Positions 11,158-23,900 of a DNA stretch of 64,000 nucleotides are shown piece after piece. Position 1 is the first letter of the stretch. The number at the start of each line of letters is the position of its first letter. This DNA comes from Macrostomum lignano (taxonomy: Eukaryota). Below the pieces are notes generated by a model, which made no database searches, was not told the origin of the DNA, and saw only the letters and a program-made list of their open reading frames with translations. The DNA is taken from the NCBI GenBank assembly GCA_002269645.1, contig NIVC01000095.1, positions 372,001 to 436,000 on the forward strand, in the 5' to 3' direction. The translations under genes were made by a program, and so were the position numbers.

Positions 11158-13962
11158 CTGGCCCCGCAACTGAGGATCTGGGTGGTTCAGCAACTGAGGA
11201 TCTGGGTGGTTCAGCAACTGAGGATCTGGGTGGTTCAGCAACTGAGGATCTGGGTGGTTCAGCAACTGAGGATCTGGGTGGTTCAGCAACTGAGGATCTG
11301 GTTGGTTCAGCAACTGAGGATCTGGGTGGTTCAGCAACTGAGGATCTGGGTGGTTCAGCAACTGAGGATCTGGTTGGTTCAGCAACTGAGGATCTGGGTG
11401 GTTCAGCAACTGAGGATCTGGGTGGTTCAGCAACTGAGGATCTGGGTGGTTCAGCAACTGAGGATCTGGGTGGTTCAGCAACTGAGGATCTGGGTGGTTC
11501 AGCAACTGAGGATCTGGGTGGTTCAGCAACTGAGGATCTGGGTGGTTCAGCAACTGAGGATCTGGGTGGTTCAGCAACTGAGGATCTGGGTGGTTCAGCA
11601 ACTGAGGATCTGGGAGGCTGGCCCAGCAACTGAGGATCTGGAAGGCTGGCCCAGCCACTGAGGATCTGGGAGGCTGGCCTAGCAACTGAGGATCTGGGAG
11701 GCTGGTGGCCCCGCAACTGAGGATCTGGGAGGCTAGCCCCGCAACTGAGGATCTGGGAGGCTGGTGGCCCAGCAACCAGCAACTGAGGATCTGGAAGGCT
11801 GGCCCCGCAACTGAGGATCTGGGAGGCTGGCCCAGCAATTGAGGATCTGGGAGGCTGGCCCCGCAACTGAGGATCTGGGAGGCTGGCCCCGCAACTGAGG
11901 ATCTGGGTGGTTCAGCAACTGAGGATCTGGGTGGTTCAGCAACTGAGGATCTGGGAGGCTGGCCCCGCAACTGAGGATCTGGGAGGCTGGCCCCGCAACT
12001 GAGGATCTGGGAGGCTGGCCCCGCAACTGAGGATCTGGGAGGCTGGCCCCGCAACTGAGGATCTGGGAGGCTGGCCCCGCAACTGAGGATCTGGGAGGCT
12101 GGCCCCGCAACTGAGGATCTGGGAGGCTGGCCCCGCAACTGAGGATCTGGGAGGCTGGCCCCGCAACTGAGGATCTGGGAGGCTGGCCCCGCAACTGAGG
12201 ATCTGGGTGGTTCAGCAACTGAGGATCTGGGTGGTTCAGCAACTGAGGATCTGGGTGGTTCAGCAACTGAGGATCTGGGTGGTTCAGCAACTGAGGATCT
12301 GGGAGGCTGGCCCAGCAACTGAGGATCTGGAAGGCTGGCCCCGCAACTGAGGATCTGGGAGGCTGGCCCCGCAACTGAGGATCTGGAAGGCTGGCCCAGC
12401 AACTGAGGATCTGGAAGGCTGGCCCAGCAACTGAGGATCTGGAAGGCTGGCCCCGCAACTGAGGATCTGGAAGGCTGGCCCAGCAACTGAGGATCTGGGA
12501 GGCTGGCCCAGCAACTGAGGATCTGGGAGGCTGGCCCAGCAACTGAGGATCTGGGAGGCTGGTGGCCCAGCCACTGAGGATCTGGGAGGCTGGCCCAGCA
12601 ACTGAGGATCTGGAAGGCTGGCCCAGCAACTGAGGATCTGGGAGGCTGGCCCAGCAACTGAGGATCTGGGAGGCTGGTGGCCCAGCCACTGAGGATCTGG
12701 GAGGCTGGCCTAGCAACTGAGGATCTGGGAGGCTGGCCTAGCAACTGAGGATCTGGGAGGCTAGCCCCGCAACTGAGGATCTGGGAGGCTGGTGGCCCCG
12801 CAACTGAGGATCTGGGAGGCTAGCCCCGCAACTGAGGATCTGGGAGGCTGGCCCAGCAACTGAGGATCTGGGAGGCTGGTTCAGCAACTGTGGACCTGGG
12901 AGGCTGGCCCAGCAATTGAGGATCTGGGAGGCTGGCCTAGCAACTGAGGATCTGGGAGGCTGGCCTAGCAACTGAGGATCTGGGAGGCTGGTGGCCCAGC
13001 AACTGAGGATCTGGAAGGCTGGCCCCACAACTGAGGATCTGGGAGGCTGGCCCCGCAACTGAGGATCTGGGAGGCTGGTTCAGCAACTGTGGACCTGGGA
13101 GGCTGGCCCAGCAATTGAGGATCTGGGAGGCTGGCCCAGCAACTGAGGATCTGGGAGGCTGGTGGCCCAGTAACTGAGGATCTGGGAGGCTGGTGGCCCA
13201 GCAACTGAGGATCTGGGAGGCTGGCCCAGCAACTGAGGATCTGGGAGGCTGGTTCAGCAACTGTGGACCTGGGAGGCTGGCCCAGCAATTGAGGATCTGG
13301 GAGGCTGGCCTAGCAACTGAGGATCTGGGAGGCTGGCCCAGCAACTGAGGATCTGGGAGGCTGGTGGCCCAGCAACTGAGGATCTGGAAGGCTGGCCCCA
13401 CAACTGAGGATCTGGGAGGCTGGCCCCGCAACTGAGGATCTGGGAGGCTGGTTCAGCAACTGTGGACCTGGGAGGCTGGCCCAGCAATTGAGGATCTGGG
13501 AGGCTGGCCCAGCAACTGAGGATCTGGGAGGCTGGTGGCCCAGTAACTGAGGATCTGGGAGGCTGGTGGCCCAGCAACTGAGGATCTGGGAGGCTGGCCT
13601 AGCAACTGAGGATCTGGGAGGCTGGCCTAGCAACCGAGGATCTGGGAGGCTGGTGGCCCAGCAACTGAGGATCTGGAAGGCTGGCCCCGCAACTGAGGAT
13701 CTGGGAGGCTGGCCCCGCAACTGAGGATCTGGGAGGCTGGCCCAGCAACTGAGGATCTGGGAGGCTGGCCCAGCAACTGAGGATCTGGGAGGCTGGCCCA
13801 GCAACTGAGGACCTGGGAGGCTGGCCCAGCAATTGAGGATCTGGGAGGCTGGCCCAGCAACTGAGGATCTGGGAGGCTGGCCCAGCAACTGAGGATCTGG
13901 GAGGCTGACCCAGCAACTGGGGATCTGGGAGGCTGGCTCAGCAACTGACACTTTGGGAGGCT
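11158..13962. repeat. 28-bp minisatellite family A (GAGGATCTGGGAGGCTGGCCCAGCAACT)n with 24-bp and 31-bp variants
   Basis: Visible periodicity; 24-bp variant block ~11165-11610; ~373-bp higher-order duplication at 12.9-13.6 kb. Confidence 0.97.
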
Positions 13963-14992
13963 GACAGATAAAGCATCGCTTTAGACACCGAAGCCAAAAT
14001 AGGTTTGATGAAACTTCCGAGCAACTTCAAGTATTTAAACTTTGAAAATTTTCATTCTGTCAATGACAATACTGGCTATTGATCTGGGATACCCAGGGAA
14101 GATTGCTAGCCAACCACTGAGCTAATTTGGCTTAACCATCACCAACTTCCCCGTGTCACATGTCACCGCCGCAATGGCAGCGCCAATTTGGCCCTATAGT
14201 TACCCACCGGGGATCTGATTGAACTCTCCTATACAATGTGGAAGTATGTTTTTTTTAGAATATACCCAGTCACCGCAGCCTGTCATGAGTACAATGCACT
14301 CAACGCGCATTGAAAGGTGTCAAAATGCTGGTTCCTCAGAGAGAGCTCTCTATGATGCGGAAGGTGCGAAGTATTTATCCTAAAACTGGGGGGACCTGAC
14401 ACGGCAGTTTCGCATCATTTGCCAAATGTTTAGCGACTCATTGCTCAAGCATAAACTGTAGTCAGTCATCTTGAAGTTACGAGGCATATTATATTATCTT
14501 CTGGCATCGTGTGCTGAGCACTACTCAATCAAGCATATTGACAACAATGACAGAGACCATTCAACCTTGAATGGATTAGCTGTCACTTGAGACACTCTTC
14601 CTTAAAAAATCTGAAATCACAGAAGAGAACAGCTCTGAGCACTGACTGCTCTTATATATCAATTTATCGTGAATCTGATTTATAGGGTGATGCCTGATGA
14701 GGTAAGTAAGTGTAAATTTCTACGCATTATGTCTTATATAACTGCAGCTCGAATGGAATTTTAAACACATTTATTTGTTCAAAAATTTAACCGAATAAGC
14801 GCTATCCGTCACTAAGTAGAGCTTGCGAGGAAAAACAGAATTATAGATATAAACTTATATAATATAATATCACACGCAAATGCAGCTACTATAAGTAGAA
14901 GATAGGATCAAATGTTTGGAGTGATTAGAAACTTCGGTCAATTGTTGATTAAGCGTCCAATTATTGCAAGGGTGATGAAATCCACGGTTTTT

Positions 14993-17900
14993 TTAGGTGA
15001 GGCGCCACTGCATAATGCAGGCGTCTCGGCCGCCAATGCTCATGAGATGTCGGCCGTCGGATGTGAATTTTAGCGCCGTGATTTTTGTTGGCCCGACAAA
15101 GGTGTGGCAGTATGCCTGATTGAGGATTTTGGAGCAACTTATGAATGAATTTTCAGTTGAAAATTTTAGAAAATTCACATTGAAATTCCGCAATAAGTTC
15201 CGCAATAAAACGGAGTTAGTTGAAAAAGCAGAGGCCCGAAACAAAATGTTGAGGGAGCACGAGAATTTGCCGCAGGAAGTTTTCCCTCGAGAGGTTTCCC
15301 ACAGGGGGGGTTTCCAGTCGGATTTTCAGGTCAAATCTAGTTTTTAGACTATACTAGAAAAGATTAGACTATAGAGTAGAACTAGACTAGACTGTACTAG
15401 ATTAGAACTAGACTAGAACTTGACTAGACTAGATTATAGCTAGACTAGACTAGATTAGAACTAGATTAGACTAGATTAGAACTAGACTAGTGTAGTGATC
15501 CGCTAGTTTGGTGTTAGGCGTCGCACTATTGTCAGCAGCTTCCTTAGTCCTCGCCCTCGCCCTGGGTTGCTGTCTGCCGCTGGGCAGTCTCCCTCCCCTT
15601 TTGCTGCCTGTTCTCTGGCGCCCCCCTCTTCTCTGCGCTCTTGCTTGCAGCCACGAGCTTCTCTGCTGTGGCCTGCTCTGCGTTTCGTTCCTGTCCTGAG
15701 GTCCCGCTGGCGGCCTGTTTCCCTTGTCTTGTTTTCTAGAAGTCCTAAAGTGCAGTAAACAGTGTTTACTGCACTGTTTACGGGAGGAATCACGTGCTTC
15801 GGGGCCCTTGCCTTCTCTAAGGTAACAGGTGACTCATGTTTCTAAAAATAGATACTGAGTCATGCGGCCCTGTGCACTTTACCCGCAGACCCTGCCTTCT
15901 CTAAGGCGGAGGGTGACGTCAGTTCTAAAAATAGAACAGAGTCACGAGGTCCGGCGCACACTGGTGCAACGGGGATTCCTTGCCTATAAATACGTGCCCC
16001 TCACCCTGGGTTAAGTCAAGGATTTGTCGTCTTTGTCTTCTTGGTCTTCTTATTGGCTTCTTCTTTCTTCTTCTTGTTGTTCTTCTTTAGTCTAGTTTTC
16101 CAGACTTCGTTCAGTTGCCCATTTAAGCTATCTGTAATTGGCCTGACTAAACTTAGACACCCAAGCCTAAGGGAGGCCAAAACTGCCTTCCCAGCCATCC
16201 CCGAGCCCGGCGAGATCTGCTGACCAGGACGCCTTGTTCATTAATCTGCATATTTGCACGCTGTTCTGAGTTCGTTGACTTGTTTATTTCGTTCCGGCGG
16301 GAAGCTCACCTCTCCGAAGGCTGAGACCTGAAAGAACTGGTGGCAGCACTACCTACGCTACTCATAGAAGGCTTCCGGTTGAGAAGACGGAGAGCCCAAA
16401 TCACTGTGCTAGACAGCAGGAGAAGCACAAGTACTTCACTGGTGGCAGCGGTGGGATTTAAAGACCTACCAGGCCACCTCGAGAAAACCCCGAGACAACC
16501 CTAAGTACTTCACTAGAGTCAATTAGAACTAGACTAGACTAGACTAGATTAGAACTAGACTAGACTAGATTAGAACTAGACTAGACTAAATTAAAACTAG
16601 ACTAGACTAGATTAGAACTAGACTAGACTAGATTAGAACTAGACGAGACTAGATTAGAACTAGACTAGACTAGATAAGAACTAGACTAGACTAGATTAGA
16701 ACTAGACTAGACTAGATTAGAACTAGAGTAGACTAGATTAAAACTAGACTAGACTAGATTAGAACTAGACTAGACTAGATTAGAACTAGACTAGACTAAA
16801 TTAAAACTAGACTAGACTAGATTAGAACTAGACTAGACTAGATTAAAACTAGACTAGACTAGATTAGAACTAGACTAGACTAGATTAGAACTAGACTAGA
16901 CTAGATTAGAACTTGACTAGACTAGATTAGAACTAGACTAGACTAGATTAGAACTAGACGAGACTAGATTAGAACTAGACTAGACTAGATTAGAACTAGA
17001 CTAGACTAAATTAGAACTAGACTAGACTAGATTAGAACTAGACTAGACTAGATTAGAACTAGACTAGACTAGATTAGAACTAGACTAGACTAGATTAGAA
17101 CTAGACTAGACTAAATTAAAGTAGATTAGACTAGATTAGAACTAGACTAGACTAGATTAGAACTAGACTAGACTAGATTAGAACTAGACTAGACTAGATT
17201 AGAACTAGACTAGACTAGATTAGAACTAGACTAGACTAGCGATTTACATACGACTGGGTTTGACTTGAAAACTGGAAAACCCCTATGAGAAAATCTCGCT
17301 GCGGGGAAGGCTCGGCGGGTAAAACCTGCGGGAAATTCTCACAGACCCTGCAACCCCTAAACTGGCAATGTCGCAATGTGGCAAGAGAGACAGGAGTCAA
17401 TATTAAATTGAATTGAGTCAAACTAAAAAACTTTCTTACATCAGATTTGGTGCACGGGTACTTATACAGCAGAATGTGGCCATTGTCCAGCCCGACCGCT
17501 AGCAGTTCCCTTTCTATGCAGACATCAACAGACGTAATGCTGGACTCTTGGCTAGACTTGGAGTTCCAAGCACCTGTTGAAAGGTAATTTAATTCTCTTT
17601 GCATAAAAAAATACAACGCTGTCTCCTTTGGTGACCGAAGCTTTTACTGAACTCACCAACGTTGTAATATGCGAATAGGAAATTGCGCGTCTTCCAGCTA
17701 ACATCCCGAACCTTTTCCTCGTCTTCAAGCAAACAAAAGTTTGTCGCATCGCCTGGAAACAGCAACCAGATTGTTTGTTAGATATAGATTATTTTCAAGC
17801 ATGTCTTATTCCTGTAAAGCCAATGAAATATTGGCCATGAACAACTTAAGCAGGAAGTAAGCGAGGAGGAGAGCAGTCATACCCATTTCGCGTTTTTCCC

Positions 17901-20900
17901 GCCGGGATTCTCCCGACATTTTTTTTCGCCGATGTTTTGGTGCCCTTCTAGAACCCTCTAATCCATCAGAAAATCTCATAGATCCTACGTTGCGTCATAC
18001 GCCTTTGCCCATTTTGACTTGTTTATTACTGCGCGCTGATTGGCTGGTTGCTTCCACAGATACTAGAATAACCAGACGGGCCACTCAGGCACATATACTT
18101 AGCAAAACAGCTTTCTACTTTCAGGTCAGTAGCAAAGAAGAAGACATAAGCTATTTAATAAAAAGGCAACTGAAATGACTGATAAGTTTGCAAGGTTGCG
18201 GGGGTAAACAGCTTGCTAATTGGTTCAGCAATAATGTACATTAGCTAGTCCACTGAAATGTACATGGCAGCTTTAGACTTAAATTCCGAGAAAGGCAATA
18301 AAAATTGGGGCGGGGCGGGGCGTAGTGTGGAAAGGCGCGGTTGGAGGGTTTAAGCTGGGGGGGGGGGGGTTAAGAGCCACTAAATGAGCCTTGGCTTTAA
18401 AAATACATTAGAATGCTTCTGTTTAACTTACTACTGAACTGAAAGTAGCTTGTACGCAAATGTGCTGAGTGGCCCATCTAGTTATTCTAGTATCTGTGGT
18501 TGCTTCTCGCTATCGTCGCCTGCTTTTCTTCCCCCCCTTCTTCCCCCTTCTACCGGCATGTTACGAGTACTGTACGAGGGCTACTGTACTCTAAGACCTG
18601 CTGGATGACTGTATCAAAAGGCATCGATCCACGCACTTACAGATGGCCCTCTCTCCACTCGTATTCGTTGCGCAAACAATCAACGATTCGTCGATAAAAT
18701 CTTCGGCAAAATCGAGCGCATCAACGCCGTGCCTTGTGGCCAGCAGCTGACCAGCCGGTTGCCAGGCCCGTACAGTTGGGTCCTCTTCGGTGGGTAGAAA
18801 CCGCAAGAAATGCACGCGACCGTCTGAGCCACCGACCGCAACGGTCTCTTTTGCTGACATGTTTTTAATTTATTGGATAGGTGAAAAGAATTTATAGCTT
18901 CGATAAGACCACGGCTACCGTTCTATAACATCAAAGGACTACCGCTACCGTTCTATAACATCAAAGGACCACCGCTACCGTTCTATAACATCAAAGGACT
19001 ACCGCTACCGTTCTATAACATCAAAGGACTACCGCTACCGTTCTATAACATCAAAGGACTACCGCTACCGTTCTATAACATCAAAGGACTACCGCTACCG
19101 TTCTACATGTATAGCCTCAAAGGACTACCGCTACCGTTCTACATGTATAGCCTCAAAGGACTACCGCTACCGTTCTATAACATCAAAGGACCACCGCTAC
19201 CGTTCTATAACATCAAAGGACTACCGCTACCGTTCTATAACATCAAAGGACTACCGCTACCGTTCTATAACATCAAAGGACTACCGCTACCGTTCTATAA
19301 CATCAAAGGACTACCGCTACCGTTCTAGAACATCAAAGGACTACCGCTACCGTTCTAGAACATCAAAGGACTACCGCTACCGTTCTATAACATCAAAGGA
19401 CTACCGCTACCGTTCTATAACATCAAAGGACTACCGCTACCGTTCTATAACATCAAAGGACTACCGCTACCGTTCTACATGTATAGCCTCAAAGGACTAC
19501 CGCTACCGTTCTACATGTATAGCCTCAAAGGACTACCGCTACCGTTCTATGACATCAAAGGACCACCGCTACCGTTCTATAACATCAAAGGACTACCGCT
19601 ACCGTTCTATAACATCAAAGGACTACCGCTACCGTTCTATAACATCAAAGGACTACCGCTACCGTTCTATAACATCAAAGGACTACCGCTACCGTTCTAG
19701 AACATCAAAGGACTACCGCTACCGTTCTATAACATCAAAGGACTACCGCTACCGTTCTATAACATCAAAGAACTACCGCTATCGTTCTATAACATCAAAG
19801 GACTACCGCTACCGTTCTATAACATCAAAGAACTACCGCTACCGTTCTATAACATCAAAGGACTACCGCTACCGTTCTACATGTATAGCCTCAAAGGACT
19901 ATCGCTATCGTTCTATAACATCAAAGGACTACCGTTATCGTTCTATAACATCAAAAGACTACCGCTACCGTTCTATAACCGTTCTATTCTTGGTGGGCGC
20001 CCCTATATATCTTGGGCAGGTGGATACCTTTTGGGGCCGATTGGGAGTGGGGGTGCCCTCCTAGGACCTCTGCACCACTGTGCTAGCTACCGCGGCTAAA
20101 ACATCAAGCAACTCACTATGCGACATGGCGATCGCGGACACTTTGCAATAAGCAATGCTACTTTTAAACAGTTCAACCAGATTGCTATTCTCCTCGTACA
20201 GAATGATAATCTCGCCATTTCTCGTGCCAAATATAATGGTGCTGCTCTCGTCCCAGCTGGCGTAGGTAATACACTTTTTCTGTAAACAGGTCAACAATTG
20301 GTGTAAACTGTCAGTCAATCATATCTCAAGATATAAATATCATTCACACACGCTTTCTTTCCTACTAAAAGTAGAAATAAAGGTAAGCACAAATCAGAGC
20401 TACAGAAACCCAGTTAGCCAGTGTGGCTCTCACCTTTAGCACAGTTTTCTGCACGCTGCTATGATTGTCGGCATTAAAGATGCACACCTGGCTGTCGTAT
20501 CCCGCGGTGATGAACAAAGATTCATGCCCGGGCACCAGACTCAGGCTCTGCAGTTGATCGTAGTGACCCTGAGTGATTGGCACGTCGCCAAAAGCGACTC
20601 CTTCCAGCGGGGCCAAGCCCGGCTCGGGACAGAGCGGACAGTCAAGCATGGAGTTTGCCGTTGTGCCAACAATCAGACGGTCCACTTCGGCGCCGCGATG
20701 GGCGCGAATGCACCGGGGCGCGCCCTCCGTGACTGGCAGGCGAAGCTCCGACACTCGGTCCATATTTCGGCCCCACTGCCAGCAGCGGAGGGCGCCGTCG
20801 CGACCGCCTGTTAGAAGCCAGCCGCGGTACAAGCAGAGAGAGAACACCGGACCCTGGAGAGCGGGGTAGTGGGCGAGTGAGCTGGAGTTTGGAAAGGGGG

Positions 20901-23900
20901 AAGGGGTGTCGGATTGGGGTGGCGGCCCGCGGGGGAAGGGGTGGCGGATTTGGGTGGCGGGGGAAGGGGTGTGTTGATGGCGGGTGAAGGTGTGTCGGAT
21001 TGGGGTGGTGGCGGGGGAAGGGGTGTCGGATTGGGGTGGTGGCGGGGAAGGGGTGTCGGATTGGGGTGGTGTCGGGGGAAGGTGTGTCGGATTGGGGTGG
21101 TGGCGGGGAAGGGGTGTCGGATTGGGGTGGTGGCGGGAGAAAATGTGTCGAATTGGAATCACGCTCTCCAGCAGCCAGACAAACCTCGTGGGCATGTTTG
21201 ATATAATTAGTGATAAGGTTGCCGCCGCCGCCCCACACGTAGACGTTGCCATTGGAGTCCCCAGTGACCAGGTCGCCCTGTCTATTGTGCAACAAGCTGA
21301 CAACGTAGCGAGCCTTGAAGAATGTTTGATACTCGCCGGCAGCTTTGATGTTGATGGCGCCCAGAGCTTCGCTATATTCCCACCAGACTGTGTGATCTTT
21401 GCCAACGGTGACAAACAGATTTGGATCCTGAGGATTCACGTCGCAGTCGCACATGATGTCCGTGCCGAGAGGGCTTGAGGCGATTAACGAATGACGCTTT
21501 GAGTCCCAAAGAGCAATCATATGCTCAGGCGGGTCCGAGATGCTTAGCAGGCGGTCCTTCGGTTGGAGAATTGGCAACAGTGATTAATACTTAGTAAGCT
21601 TTGTATAATGTCTATTTTTATTGATTTGTCTATATCTCTATATGTACAACTAACCAGACGAAAACATACGATTACTAGCAGGATGCACTGCAATTCCTAA
21701 GCAAATTTTTACGAAAAAAATCGAATGAAAATTCAAGCATAAAATTGTTACTTTAATTATTATTAGAGTTTGCCTACTGATAAGTAGAAAGTATAGAGTA
21801 TGACATGAAAAGCTTTCAAGGTGGGCAAAGAAATGTTGCAATACGAGAGGCTTCTGGGTGGGGGCTAGGCTTGGTCTAACCATTATTAGCTCAGCTGACA
21901 ACCGTAAATCACTGAGCGGTTAATCTACCGATTTACCTATAATTAAGTGAATTAATAAGTCAGTTTGTGAACTACAGGTCCAGCTACAAAACACCAGAAA
22001 TCAATAAAATTCAACAATCAAAAAAATCAAAAGCTTGAACAATTTTACCCTCAGATCGTCCATGCTGATGTCGCTTTCCAGGGGAAGCTGAAACTGAGTT
22101 CACAACGATTGGCGGGATTCGATTGTGTGCAGAGATTCACGTGAAGGGGTGGAGATTCCGGTAAAGGGGCGGAGATTCCAGTTGAAGGGGCGGAGATTCC
22201 AGTTGAAGGGGCGGAGATTCCAGTTGGAGAGGCGGAGATTCCGGTGAAGGTGGAGGAGATTCCAGTTGAAGGAGGCGGAGATTCCAGTGAAGGTGGAGGA
22301 GATTCCGGTGAAGGGGCGGAGATTCCAGTTGAAGGGGGCGGAAATTCCGAATACGAGAATTTGACCAAATTTATACTTATACTGGGTGATTGGTAAAAAT
22401 CTGGACATGGTTAGTTTTTGCCATAGACAAAATTTAACGAGGCAAATTTATTGAGCTGATGCTTTTGAGCAATACTGGGGGTCTTCCTCACAACTTAAGT
22501 TGTTTTTTTCACTTGTTTGCCCCGTCACGTCTGAGATGCAGTCTCTAAATGAAGAGCAGCGGCGTAAACTGGTTGTACAATATAAAATTGAGCACCCTGG
22601 GCTGAGCAACAATGCAATCGCAAAATATTTTGCTGAGCTTGGTGTCCCAAGATCAACCATTTATGGAATTCTGGATCGCTACTCAGCAACTGGAGAAGAT
22701 TCTGTGCTACGGAAGGAGGGGTCAGGACGACCAGCTACCAAGGTCACTGCCACTTTGATGGAGAAGATGTCAAATGATGCCAGGACGGGTCTGTCCCAGC
22801 GCGAAATTGCACGCAAATATGACATCAGCCAGCCGTACGTCAACGAGATTCTCAAGAAGCAGGGACTAAGTGCATACAAGAAAGAAAAAGTGCCATTTGT
22901 GTCGTTTGAGCAGAAAGAGCGTCAGCGTGTGAGGATTGACAGGCTCTACCGTGCTGTGCTGGCAGGAGATGACGGCGGACTGGACATTGTCATGGACGAT
23001 GAATCGTACTTCTCTCTGTCATCCAATGTCATCCCTGGTAACAGGTTCTATTATGCAACAGCTCGAGGTGATGCACCTGATGAGGTTAGGTGTTCACCCA
23101 GCAAGAAATTTGAGGCCAAAGTCTTGGTCTGGCTGGCCATCAGCAAGAAGGGCATGTCCAAGGTCTTCTTCTGCCACGGCAGCTCAATGAACAAAGAGAT
23201 CTACATAAGAGAGTGCATTCACAAGCGTCTATTGCCATTTATTAAGGAACAGCATGCTGACGGCAACTACCTGTTCTGGCCTGACCTGGCGAGCTGTCAC
23301 TATGCTCGTGACGTCATTGACACATTTGAAGAGGGAGGTGTCAATTTTGTCAGCAAGGAGCTCAATCCTCCAATGTACCACAGCTGCGACCAATTGAGAA
23401 CTTCTGGGGATGTTGAAGCAAAAGGTTTACCATCACAATTGGACGACGGACAGTCTGGAACACCTGGAAAATCGCATTCGCTACTGCCTCCGCCAGGTGG
23501 ATCTGCACTGTGTACAGGAGATGATGACCAATGTCAAGTCCGGGATTCGCCGAGCTCGGGCTAATGGTGTCGGAGCCGTTTGGCAATGAGCCAGACAATC
23601 CCTTATATATTGAACTTAATCCAAGTTAAAAGACATGTGCTCAATTTGTTTATTGTTGTCTTGCTAAAACAAATAAAAATGTCCAGATTTTTACCAATCA
23701 CCCAGTATTTCGCTTCGACAATAATATTTTTCTTATATTTCTACTAACAGTAGAACACGGGGACATATTGCGCAGAAAAAATACTTGCAAAGAACAAAGC
23801 TGAATCCCTTAACTCACCGAAGGCTTGCAAAAGGCCAAACCAACAACTGAACCGTGAAATTGTCCGTCGCCAAGGACGCTAAGCGTCTCCAAGGTGTCCG

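Larger units (their letters stand above)
15342..17238. repeat. ACTAG/ATTAG pentamer-based satellite (~21-bp ACTAGACTAGACTAGATTAGA) in last EML intron, split by an LTR insertion at 15491-16512
   Basis: Same periodicity on both sides of the insertion. Confidence 0.93.

Noticed and set aside
11700-13660. E. coli Chi octamer GCTGGTGG in the 31-bp repeat variant
   Set aside because: Present, but RecBCD Chi has no established role in eukaryotes and it follows from a TGG slippage in the unit.
11026-13951. ORFs up to 533 aa (and up to 580 aa at 28787-30609)
   Set aside because: Translations of the family A minisatellite.
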